The position numbers and the translations under genes were made by a program. This document shows, piece after piece, positions 26,887 through 35,632 of a stretch of DNA of 64,000 bases. Source of the stretch: Candidatus Binatia bacterium (lineage in GTDB: Bacteria; Desulfobacterota; Binatia; UBA9968; JAJDTQ01); assembly GCA_963666515.2 (NCBI GenBank), contig OY762897.2, forward strand, positions 608,001 to 672,000, written 5' to 3'. Numbering within the stretch: the first letter of the stretch is position 1; every line of letters begins with the position of its first letter. Below the pieces are notes generated by a model that ran no database searches, was not told the origin of the DNA, and worked only from the letters and a program-made list of their open reading frames with translations.

Positions 26887-28038
26887 ATGCCGATGAGAAA
26901 TACACCGCCGTTCCGCGCCGACCACGTCGGCAGCCTGCTGCGCCCCGCCGGACTCAGGGAGGCCAGGGTGCGCGTCCTGGGGCCGGATACGGCCGAGAGC
27001 AATCTCGGCCCGCACGGAAACGAGGAGCTGGCGCGCATCGAGGACGGCTTCGTCCGAGACGTCATCGCGCTTCAGAAACGCGTGGGCCTGAGCTCGGCCA
27101 CCGACGGCGAGTTCCGCCGCCGTAGCTGGTTCAGCGAGCTGATGATGACCTGGGATGGCTTCTCCGCCACCCGGCAAGGCGCCTCCTCTCCCTTCAGTTG
27201 GCGCAACGAGGAAGCCCGTCAACAGGACTTCACCGTGGTGTGGGTCGAGGGCAGGATACGCTGGCGCCCCAGCGCGGTCGTTCGTGCCTTCGAGTTTCTC
27301 AAGGCCAACACCGACGCCGAGCCCAAGGTCACCATTCCGGCGCCTCCGGTGGTCTACTGCTTCGCCGGAGGGGATCCAGGGGTCGTGGGCTCCGCCTACG
27401 ACGATGTGGATGCCTTCTGGGAGGACCTGGTGGCCGCCTACCGCCAGGAACTGGCTGCTCTGACGGCCGCCGGCGCGCGCTACATTCAACTCGACGACGT
27501 CGCCATCCCGTTCCTGTGCGACCCGACGTACGAGGACGTGTTCCGCTCCTGGGGCTCCGGCCCCCAGGCCGTGCTGGCCGAGTACGCGCGCCGCATCAAC
27601 CAAGCTCTCGAAGGTCTGCCCGGCGACGTCACCGTCACCATGCACCAGTGCCGCGGCAACCGCGAGGGACTGTGGGCCGCTGCCGGCGGCTACGATTCCG
27701 TGGCCGAGGTGCTGTTCAACGAGATCAACGTCCAAGGCTACTTCCTGGAATACGACACACCGCGTGCCGGCACCTTCGAGCCCCTGCGCTTCCTCCCCGA
27801 AGGCAAGGTGGTCGCCCTCGGCATCGTCTCAACCAAGGGCCCGACCCTCGAATCCGCCGACCACCTCAAGCGCCGCATCGACGACGCCGCCCGCTACGCC
27901 CCCCTGGAGCGCCTCGCCCTCGCCCCCCAGTGCGGCTTCGCCAGCTCGGTCAAGGGCAACCCCCTCACCGAAGCCGACGAAGAAGCCAAGCTTGCGCGCA
28001 TGGTGGAAGTCGCCAGCGAGGTGTGGGGGGACGCGTAA
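26887..28038 (+). CDS. Cobalamin-independent methionine synthase II family (MetE C-terminal domain only, YxjH-like)
   Basis: RADHVGSLLRP, TDGEFRR, YIQLDD; Zn ligands HQCRGN, LEYD and PQCGFAS. Confidence 0.88.
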   Translation: MPMRNTPPFRADHVGSLLRPAGLREARVRVLGPDTAESNLGPHGNEELARIEDGFVRDVIALQKRVGLSSATDGEFRRRSWFSELMMTWDGFSATRQGASSPFSWRNEEARQQDFTVVWVEGRIRWRPSAVVRAFEFLKANTDAEPKVTIPAPPVVYCFAGGDPGVVGSAYDDVDAFWEDLVAAYRQELAALTAAGARYIQLDDVAIPFLCDPTYEDVFRSWGSGPQAVLAEYARRINQALEGLPGDVTVTMHQCRGNREGLWAAAGGYDSVAEVLFNEINVQGYFLEYDTPRAGTFEPLRFLPEGKVVALGIVSTKGPTLESADHLKRRIDDAARYAPLERLALAPQCGFASSVKGNPLTEADEEAKLARMVEVASEVWGDA

Positions 28039-28041
28039 ACA

Positions 28042-29775
28042 CTAGCCGCTGACCACGCGGCCGGCATCGACTCGGACACCGTAGTCGCGCACCGCGCCCT
28101 CCGGTGTGATGTAGCCGCGGTCGAGGTCGCGCTGAATCAGTTCCATCGCACGCTCCTCCGGCGGCCCCCATCCCCCGCCGCCGCCGGTCTCCAGGATCAC
28201 GCGGTCGCCGGGCTGGAGCTTGCAGTTCTGCGCCTTGCCCATGGTCTCGGTCTCGCCTGACGCCTTGATGATCGTGATGCAGCCCGGTTGCGCGGCCTTT
28301 CCGCCGCGCACGCCCCAGGGCGGACACTTCCTGCGGTCGAGGTTGGTGTTCAAGGTGAAGGGATGGAGCACCGCGTACTCCTTGCGGAAGCCCAGGCCGC
28401 CACGGAACTTGCCGGGGCCGCCCGAATCCTCGCGTAGCGACAGGGAGCATACTCGGAACGGCAGCAGGGATTCCTGCAGTTCCATCGGGATCAGGCGCGT
28501 GTCGCCGTGCGCCATGGTGCGGAACGGCCCGGCGCCGTCGTGCCCGTCGCCCGCGCCCCATCCGCCGTGGCCGCTGTCATGTCCGTGAAAGCGCCTCCCG
28601 TCGGCCCAGTGGCCGTGGATCATGAATCCCGAATGCGTTCCGAAATGTGCGCCAGTGGCGAGGTGCGGGAGCGCGTCCTCCAGGCACCGGATCACCGTAT
28701 CGATGACGGTCGGGAAGGGGGTCGAATAGTTGGACATGGGTGCGCCGGGCCGGGCGCTCAGGATCTTGCCTTGCGGCAGGATCAGCTTGAGCGGACGGAA
28801 GACGCCTTCGTTGGCGGGTTCGCGCGGGGCGATGAGGTACTTGAAGGCGACCCGCGCCGCGGTGACGCCGCCGCCGAAGTAGCCCGAGTTCACCGGCCCC
28901 GGCACCTGGTCGGCGAGCCCCGAGAAGTCGATGGTCATTTCCTCGCCTTCGACGATGACCTTGACGCGAATGGGCACGGGCTCAGTGCCCAGTGAGTCGT
29001 CGTCCAGGAACGCCTCGCTTTCGTACACTCCGTCCGGGATTTCCCGTATGCGGGCGCGCGACGACGCCTCGCCTTGGGCCATGATCGTGTCGACCGCGGC
29101 GAAATAGGTGTCGGTGCCGTACTTGTCGGCAAGCGCGAGCGTGAGGTCGCGGCCCAGGAGACAGCCCGCGAGCTGGGCCGAGATGTCTCCCATCACGTCT
29201 ACCGGCATGCGCGTGTTGTTCTCGATGATGCGGTAGATTTCCTCGACGGGTTCGCCCTTGGACCAGAGCTTGATGGTGCGGAGCTGGAGCCCCTCCATGA
29301 AGACGTCGGTGGAGCCGTGCATCACGCCGCCGATGTCGATCCAGTGGACGTTGAGGGCAAAGAATCCCAGTAACGTCGCGCGCTCCGGCCCGCCGTAGAT
29401 GGGCGTGTACATGACGGTGTTGTTGAGGTGCTGCCCCTGCACCGCCGGATGGTTGCAGACGACGACGTCGCCGTCGAAGAGCCTTTCCCGTCCGTAGATC
29501 TGCAGGCCGTCACGCACCGCGGTGCCGACGGCATCGGCGACGAAAGGCGGCATGCCGCCGGTCGACTGGGCGACGAGTTGGCCGTTCACGTCCACCAAGC
29601 CGACGGCGAAATCCTTGTACTCGTAGACATACGAGCTGAACGCCGTGCGCGTGATGTTGGCGTCGATCTGATTGGTGATGGACACGACGCCGCACCGGAT
29701 CACCTCGAGGGTGATGGGGTCGATCCGTGACGCAGCGTCCGGGATCGTCGTTGCCCTGCTCATTGGTTTCCTCAT
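28042..29775 (-). CDS. Hydantoinase B/oxoprolinase family subunit
   Basis: DPITLEVI, RTAFS, HWIDIGG, EGLQL, GGPGKFRGGLG and TGGGGGWG motifs; ATGA overlap with the A subunit. Confidence 0.9.
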   Translation of the reverse strand: MRKPMSRATTIPDAASRIDPITLEVIRCGVVSITNQIDANITRTAFSSYVYEYKDFAVGLVDVNGQLVAQSTGGMPPFVADAVGTAVRDGLQIYGRERLFDGDVVVCNHPAVQGQHLNNTVMYTPIYGGPERATLLGFFALNVHWIDIGGVMHGSTDVFMEGLQLRTIKLWSKGEPVEEIYRIIENNTRMPVDVMGDISAQLAGCLLGRDLTLALADKYGTDTYFAAVDTIMAQGEASSRARIREIPDGVYESEAFLDDDSLGTEPVPIRVKVIVEGEEMTIDFSGLADQVPGPVNSGYFGGGVTAARVAFKYLIAPREPANEGVFRPLKLILPQGKILSARPGAPMSNYSTPFPTVIDTVIRCLEDALPHLATGAHFGTHSGFMIHGHWADGRRFHGHDSGHGGWGAGDGHDGAGPFRTMAHGDTRLIPMELQESLLPFRVCSLSLREDSGGPGKFRGGLGFRKEYAVLHPFTLNTNLDRRKCPPWGVRGGKAAQPGCITIIKASGETETMGKAQNCKLQPGDRVILETGGGGGWGPPEERAMELIQRDLDRGYITPEGAVRDYGVRVDAGRVVSG

Positions 29776-31826
29776 TCCTGCCCGCACTCGATGCGGATCT
29801 CACCCATTCCTCCGACCTCGAAGCGGTCGCCCGGCCAGACCAGCGTCGTCGAGCCGTACTCCTCGATGACCGCCGGGCCTTCGGCTGCGAATCCCGGCTC
29901 CAGCCCGTCGCGGTCGTAGATCACGGTTTCAACCACCTCCCCGGCGCCGAAATAGACCTTGCGGGTTCCAGGGTCCGGTGCGGCGCCAGCCGGCGTCCTG
30001 CGCCGCAGGTTGGCGATGTTCGGTTGCCGCAGCTTGGCGAAGGCCGAGAGGTGCAAGGCCTGGAGTTCTGTGGGCGCCTTCGAGTCGGCGTGGCCGTAGC
30101 GGCGCTCGTAGTCGCGCTCGAAGGCTTTCCTCATCTCGGTGACGCCGCGCAGTCCCGTGATCGGAACATGGATGTTGTGCCGTTGCCCAAGGTACCGCAT
30201 CTCCGCCTTGCGTTCGAAAAACACGTCGGTTGTACCGAAATCGCGGCGCAGGGCTTCCGCGGCCGCGGCTTCCATGCCGCGAAAGCAGGTATCCATGCCC
30301 GCTACGAGGGTGTCATCGAGGACGCCGGTGAAGGTCTCCGACGTATCGACACGGGCGTCCGCCAGCAGCATCCCGATAGCGGAGAAATTGCCGGGCTCCG
30401 GCGGGATGACGATGGCTGGGATGGACAGCTCGCGGGCCAGTGCGGAGGCATGCAGCGGTCCGCCGCCGCCGTATGCGAACAGGACGAAATCGCGCGGGTC
30501 GAGGCCCCGCTCCACCGAAACCTGGCGGATCGCGCCGGCCATCAGCACGGTGGCGATGGAGACGATGCCCTCCGCCGTCCGGATCAGCCCCTCATCGCCC
30601 CGGTAGCCGAGTGGCTCCGCGGTCTTTGCAGTGATGGCACGGCGCGCAGATTCGACTCCCAGGCTCAGTTCGCCGCCGAGGAACCGGTGGGGGTTGAGCC
30701 GTCCGAGCACGAGATTGGCGTCGGTGACGGTGGGCTCGGTCCCGCCCCGTTCGTAACAGACCGGGCCGGGCGTCGATCCGGCGCTTCGGGGTCCGACGTG
30801 CAGGCGGTTCTGATCGTCCAGCCAAGCGATGGAGCCGCCGCCGGAACCGACCTCCACAATGTCGATCACCGGCCACTTGATAGGGAAGCCCTGCACGTAA
30901 CCGTTGACGTAGTATACCGACTCGACCGTGAAGCGGCCGTTTTCCACCAGGGCGCATTTCGCAGTGGTGCCGCCCATGTCGAAGGCGACGACGTTGCGGA
31001 TGCCGAGGGCCTCCGCATAGGCGCCGGCGCCGATGCATCCTCCGATGGGCCCGGATTCCACCAGTCCGACGGGTTGGCGGCAGGTGCGTTCCACCGACAG
31101 CAGTCCGCCGTTGGATCCCATCATGAACAGCGAGCCGTCGTAGCCACTTGAGCGGAGTTCGTCTTCCAGACGGCGGACGTAGGTGTTCACCCGCGGCCCC
31201 ACGTACGCGTTGGCGGCGACGGTCGAGGTTCGTTCGTATTCGTACCATTCTCGCGTCAGCTCGGTGCTGCAGGTGACGTAGACCTCGGGAAGCCGCTGCT
31301 TGAGGATCGCTACGGCCTCTTCTTCGTGGGAGGGATCCAGATAGGAGCTCATGAAGAATACCGCCACCGCCTCGACGCTCAGCCGGTTCAGATCCTTCGC
31401 CAGAGTTTCGACCGCATCGGTGTCGAGCGGCACCAGCACCTCGCCGTTGGCGCCGATCCGTTCGGGCACCTCGAAACGCAACTCCCGCGGTATCAGAGGC
31501 TCGTCTCGCCGGTAGTGCAGATCGAACGGGTCGGGACGGTTGGCCCGGGCGATCTCGAGGATGTCGCGAAACCCCGTCGAGGTGACCAGGGCGCACTTGG
31601 CGCCCCGGCGCTCGATCAGGGAGTTGATGACCAGCGTGGTGCCGTGATTGACGAAGTTGGCCTCGGCCGGCGCGAGGTCGGCCTTGCCGAAACAGTCCAG
31701 GATTCCCTCCACGAAATCGCGGTAGGTCGTCGGACTCTTCGTGTACATCGCCTGCCCGGTTTCGTGATCGAAGCCGACAAGGTCGGTGAAGGTGCCTCCG
31801 ATATCCACGGCGACGACGTAGGGCAT
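29772..31826 (-). CDS. Hydantoinase A/oxoprolinase family subunit
   Basis: DIGGTFTD, HGTTL, EYERTST, ESGP, FDMGGTT, SAGSTPGP and GGGGPLHA motifs. Confidence 0.93.
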   Translation of the reverse strand: MPYVVAVDIGGTFTDLVGFDHETGQAMYTKSPTTYRDFVEGILDCFGKADLAPAEANFVNHGTTLVINSLIERRGAKCALVTSTGFRDILEIARANRPDPFDLHYRRDEPLIPRELRFEVPERIGANGEVLVPLDTDAVETLAKDLNRLSVEAVAVFFMSSYLDPSHEEEAVAILKQRLPEVYVTCSTELTREWYEYERTSTVAANAYVGPRVNTYVRRLEDELRSSGYDGSLFMMGSNGGLLSVERTCRQPVGLVESGPIGGCIGAGAYAEALGIRNVVAFDMGGTTAKCALVENGRFTVESVYYVNGYVQGFPIKWPVIDIVEVGSGGGSIAWLDDQNRLHVGPRSAGSTPGPVCYERGGTEPTVTDANLVLGRLNPHRFLGGELSLGVESARRAITAKTAEPLGYRGDEGLIRTAEGIVSIATVLMAGAIRQVSVERGLDPRDFVLFAYGGGGPLHASALARELSIPAIVIPPEPGNFSAIGMLLADARVDTSETFTGVLDDTLVAGMDTCFRGMEAAAAEALRRDFGTTDVFFERKAEMRYLGQRHNIHVPITGLRGVTEMRKAFERDYERRYGHADSKAPTELQALHLSAFAKLRQPNIANLRRRTPAGAAPDPGTRKVYFGAGEVVETVIYDRDGLEPGFAAEGPAVIEEYGSTTLVWPGDRFEVGGMGEIRIECGQE

Positions 31827-31885
31827 GAGGTTCTCTGGTGAACGCAGGAAGGATCGCGCCTGGTTGCGGGCTTCGGTCGAGGGGC

Positions 31886-32338
31886 TCAGTCAGTCGTTGG
31901 CAGGATGATGAGCTGCAGCCGGTTGCCCGCGGGATCGTACAGGTAGACGCTCTTCTCGCCGGGAGCGCGGTGGGCGGCGCGGAGGTCGCCTTCGATGTAG
32001 GCGCCGTGGGCTTCCAGCTTCTCGTAGATATGGTCGTACTCATCGACGGAGCCGACGCTCATGGCAAGATGTGCGCCCTTGTAGCGCAGCCCGCCGCCGG
32101 GGTCCGGGACGTTGTTGGAGTCGGGTCCGGAGAAGCGGGAGCGTTGGGAAAGCTCGTCGACCTTCTCCAGGAACAGGAGCTGGCCCGAGCCGTTCCTGAG
32201 GATCAGCCGGCCGTTGCCCAGTTCGCCGGAGTCGCGGCAAAGGACCTCCATCCCGAGGGCACCGGCGTAGAAACGCTCGGCCGCTTCCATGTCCGTGACC
32301 TCCATGGCGAGATGGCTGATGTCTTCGTACCGGATCAC
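31886..32338 (-). CDS. VOC/glyoxalase-fold protein (resembles the C-domain of 33904-34761)
   Basis: SHLAMEVTD..AERFY..LG, HLAM and YLYDPAGNRLQL motifs. Confidence 0.85.
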   Translation of the reverse strand: MIRYEDISHLAMEVTDMEAAERFYAGALGMEVLCRDSGELGNGRLILRNGSGQLLFLEKVDELSQRSRFSGPDSNNVPDPGGGLRYKGAHLAMSVGSVDEYDHIYEKLEAHGAYIEGDLRAAHRAPGEKSVYLYDPAGNRLQLIILPTTD

Positions 32339-32757
32339 GACGGCGCCCCTTCCTTGCGCACGGAGAACTCCAGAATGTTGTCGTCCGCGTCGCGCACTCT
32401 GATGGTACGGTCCAGCGGCACCTCCGGCGGATACGTCATCGGCCCTTCGTAGGGAATCTCGCTCGCGCGCAACTGCTCCAGCAACTCGTCCATGGCGGCC
32501 TCGGTGAGCGAGAAGCCGATGCGCGGCATGGCGGCCTTGCCTTGCGGCGCCAGCGGCTCCTGCGCCAGGCAGATCTCGAACCGATGCCCGCCCATCTCCA
32601 CGAAGGACATCACCGGAAACCCCTTGTAGAGCCGGTGCGTATTGAGGTTCTGGATGCGCAACGGCTTGGCTCCCAACAGGTCCTCATAGAACCGATGTGC
32701 CCGGGGAATGTCCTCCACCACGAACCCGCAGTGATCGAAGGTCTGAATCTGCGCCAT
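32335..32757 (-). CDS. VOC/glyoxalase-fold protein (resembles the N-domain of 33904-34761)
   Basis: DHCGFVVED..RFY..LLG and RDADDNILEF motifs; GGAGGAG RBS. Confidence 0.82.
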   Translation of the reverse strand: MAQIQTFDHCGFVVEDIPRAHRFYEDLLGAKPLRIQNLNTHRLYKGFPVMSFVEMGGHRFEICLAQEPLAPQGKAAMPRIGFSLTEAAMDELLEQLRASEIPYEGPMTYPPEVPLDRTIRVRDADDNILEFSVRKEGAPS

Positions 32758-32783
32758 GTTGTCTTCGCTCCTCCCGCGCTTCT

Positions 32784-33893
32784 TCACCACAGGGTGCCGG
32801 AGCCGTGGGCGTTGTGGGAGACCGGGGCGAGCACCTGGTAGGGGTCGCCGTAGGCAGACGCTGCTTCCAGCACGTCAGGGTGGTGCAGGAGCGAGCGGTC
32901 GAGCATGCCTTGCTCGTGCACGATGAGGCGGTCGTCGATGTACAGCCGCGCGTTCATCACCGAGCCGTCCACGTGGCGGAAGTCCGGGTTCTTGCGGTCC
33001 GTGCCCAGGCCCACCCACGGCATCTTGCTGATCAGCTCCCAGTGCATGGGGTCGGCGATGCCGTGCTGGATGGACGCCTTCGGGTGGTAACCGAACATGA
33101 TCTCCACCAGCCGGTTGGAGCCCGGCACGTTCTTGAAGAGTTGCCGGCACTCCTCGGCCAGTTCGCCGCCCTCCGCTTCCACCACCTCGCTGTCCTTCAC
33201 CACCCACTTCATGGGCGCGGGCAGCTCGCCGGCCACCCCCTGCACGCAGCTCAGGTAGACCTCGCCGTCGGCCTTGCCGCTGCCGTTGAACACGCCGCAA
33301 CGGCCCCACGGGAAGTGGCAGCGCCCCGGAGGGTCGCCGGCCCGGAACTGCATGCCGTAGAGCCTGGTGCCGTCGTAGGAGGCGGTGAGATGGCTGCCGA
33401 GGTCGTCCTCGATGCGCACCACCTTGCCCGCGGCCACCACCTCCCGGACCTTCTCCGCGAGCTTCCACAGCACGGGATTGGGGAAGCGCGCGTAGTCTCG
33501 CGCCAGCAGTCCCGGGGTGCCCTCGAAGTAGATGAAGTAGGGCTTCATGCGCTGCTCCTGGAGCTGCGTGCCGCTCTCCTCGCGCTTGCGTCCCAGCACA
33601 CGGTGGTCCGGTGTGAAGGTGATGAACACGGGCCACACCCAGATCACCACGTCACAGGCGTGCATGGCGTCGAGCACCGCCTGGGGTACTCGCCCGTACC
33701 GCGAGATGGGCTCGGTGATGAGCGACATGGGCTCGGCCCCCATGAACTTGAGCCCGGCGGTGATGGCTTCCATGGAGGCGGCGTCGCTACGGCGGTCCGC
33801 CAAGAGCAGCACCTGGTCGCCGGGGCGGATGTCCGACGCCTGGATCATGTTCTTGACGCCGTCCATCATGTCCGCGATGTCATAGTCGATCAT
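32784..33893 (-). CDS. M29 aminopeptidase-fold / NicX-like metalloprotein of unknown function
   Basis: IRPGDQVLLLAD, ADGEVY, EIMFGYHP and C-terminal HVDG..LYID; layout as in leucyl-aminopeptidase-like/NicX proteins. Confidence 0.6.
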   Translation of the reverse strand: MIDYDIADMMDGVKNMIQASDIRPGDQVLLLADRRSDAASMEAITAGLKFMGAEPMSLITEPISRYGRVPQAVLDAMHACDVVIWVWPVFITFTPDHRVLGRKREESGTQLQEQRMKPYFIYFEGTPGLLARDYARFPNPVLWKLAEKVREVVAAGKVVRIEDDLGSHLTASYDGTRLYGMQFRAGDPPGRCHFPWGRCGVFNGSGKADGEVYLSCVQGVAGELPAPMKWVVKDSEVVEAEGGELAEECRQLFKNVPGSNRLVEIMFGYHPKASIQHGIADPMHWELISKMPWVGLGTDRKNPDFRHVDGSVMNARLYIDDRLIVHEQGMLDRSLLHHPDVLEAASAYGDPYQVLAPVSHNAHGSGTLW

Positions 33894-33903
33894 GTCCGTG
33901 TCC

Positions 33904-34761
33904 TCAGTGCGGGTGCCCTCTGTTCTCGCCCACCTGCAGGCGGTTGCCGAAGGGGTCGTAGAAGTAAACCGTCTGCATGTCCGGCTCGTGCCAGGGGATG
34001 CGGTCGCCGAACGGCCCCCAGTAGCGCTCGACGTTGGTGAGCCGCGACACGAACTCGTCGTAGTCGCCGATGGCCACCTTCACGTCCACGTGGGGACCGC
34101 GCGAGTAGTGGCTCCGCTGGGTCATCTCCGGCACCTGGCGCAGGATGAAAAGTTGCCCGGTCTCGGCGATGGCCAGCGTCAACTGGCCGTCGCCCGGCAC
34201 CTGGTCCGCGTCCACCAGTCCCAGGATGTTCCGGTACCAGTCCTCCGCCTGTGCAAGATCGGTCACCTCCAGGCGCACGTGGCTGAGGCGGCACAAGCCC
34301 AGGTAGCCCTGGCCCGGGTCGGAGCAGCGCTGGTCCTCCCGCCGTACCGACAGTTCGAAGACGTACTCGCCCGGCTCCATAAGCCAGAGGGAACCGGCGA
34401 TGGGGCTCGACGCCGGGTATTCCACCGGGCCTTCGACGGGCACGTTGTGTTCGCGCAGAAGGTCCGCCGCTTCCTCAACGCTTCGTTCGTTCAACTCCAG
34501 TCCCCATACCGGCCCTTCCATGGGGCGGACGGGCTTGGGAATGGGCTGCCCCTGGAGCGCGTAGCCGAAGCCGTGGTGGTTGGCCAGCTTGAAGAACGCC
34601 ATTTCCGGGACTTCCCGGTTGAGCCCCCGCAGGTTGGCGTTCACCAGCCGGCGGAAGTCGGCGCCCAGGACCTGGGTGAGGAAGACGATGGATAGCCCCA
34701 GGTCGTTGGTGGCCACCACGCCGTGATCGAGCCGGACAACCGGAGCGCCGTTCGTGCTCAT
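33904..34761 (-). CDS. Two-domain VOC/glyoxalase-fold protein
   Basis: LDHGVV in domain 1; LSHVRLEVTD and YFYDPFGNRLQV in domain 2. Confidence 0.82.
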   Translation of the reverse strand: MSTNGAPVVRLDHGVVATNDLGLSIVFLTQVLGADFRRLVNANLRGLNREVPEMAFFKLANHHGFGYALQGQPIPKPVRPMEGPVWGLELNERSVEEAADLLREHNVPVEGPVEYPASSPIAGSLWLMEPGEYVFELSVRREDQRCSDPGQGYLGLCRLSHVRLEVTDLAQAEDWYRNILGLVDADQVPGDGQLTLAIAETGQLFILRQVPEMTQRSHYSRGPHVDVKVAIGDYDEFVSRLTNVERYWGPFGDRIPWHEPDMQTVYFYDPFGNRLQVGENRGHPH

Positions 34762-34788
34762 GGCTCCATCCTCCTTTGTCATCGCGCC

Positions 34789-35616
34789 CTACGGCCGCGC
34801 GTACTTGTCCTTGCGCGGTCCCTCGGCCGTGTGCGCCGCCCGCGCCCACTCCGGCCGGTAGCCGTCCTCGGTGACCGCGGCGGTGGTGTAGCCGCCGTCC
34901 ACGTACAAACTCTCGCCGGCGACGAAGTCGGACTCGTCGCTGGCCAGGAAGATGGCGCCGCCGACGAGGTCTTCGGGCTTGCCCAGCCGCCCGAAAGGGA
35001 TACGGCGGCGCCTCTCGGCCCGCTCCACCTCGTGAGGGTAGGGGATGGACTCCATGCCGCCGTGCACCAGACAGTTCACGTTGACGCCGTAGTACCCCAG
35101 GGCTTGGGCGATGGCGCGGGTCATGGCGTCCACGCCCGATCGCGTGGTGCACCACGCCGCGGCCTCGCCGGAACCCAGCCGGCCGACGATGGAGGACAGG
35201 TTCACGATTTTGCCGCCGCGGCCCTGTTCGGCCATCTGCCGGCCCACGGCCTGGCACGTGAGGAAAAAAGCCTTGAGCCCCACCGCCAGCGCGTGGTCGA
35301 AGTCCTCTTCCTTGAAGGTCAGGAACGCTTGGTTGTGTGCCGTCCCCGTGCCGTTGAACAGGATGTCGATGCCGCCGAACTCCGCCACCACCCGGCCGAC
35401 CATCGCCTCCACCGCCGCCTTGTCGGTGACGTCCACCTGCAAGGCTAGTGACTTTCTTCCCAGTTCCCTGACCTGCGCGGCCACGGCCTCGGCCTTGTCT
35501 CCGTCCTCGTCCACGGTGGCGACGTGGGCGCCCTCCCGGGCGTAGGCCAGCGCCACGAGGCCGCCGATACGGCCGCCGACTCCGGTTACCACCGCGATCT
35601 TGTCTTCAAGTCTCAT
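34789..35616 (-). CDS. Atypical SDR-fold protein (WxxxR in place of YxxxK)
   Basis: SDR fold (DVTD, IDILFN, NLSS, VDGG); active-site segment AWCTTR; glycine motif TGVGGRIG. Confidence 0.85.
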   Translation of the reverse strand: MRLEDKIAVVTGVGGRIGGLVALAYAREGAHVATVDEDGDKAEAVAAQVRELGRKSLALQVDVTDKAAVEAMVGRVVAEFGGIDILFNGTGTAHNQAFLTFKEEDFDHALAVGLKAFFLTCQAVGRQMAEQGRGGKIVNLSSIVGRLGSGEAAAWCTTRSGVDAMTRAIAQALGYYGVNVNCLVHGGMESIPYPHEVERAERRRRIPFGRLGKPEDLVGGAIFLASDESDFVAGESLYVDGGYTTAAVTEDGYRPEWARAAHTAEGPRKDKYARP

Positions 35617-35632
35617 TCCATAACTCCCCGCG

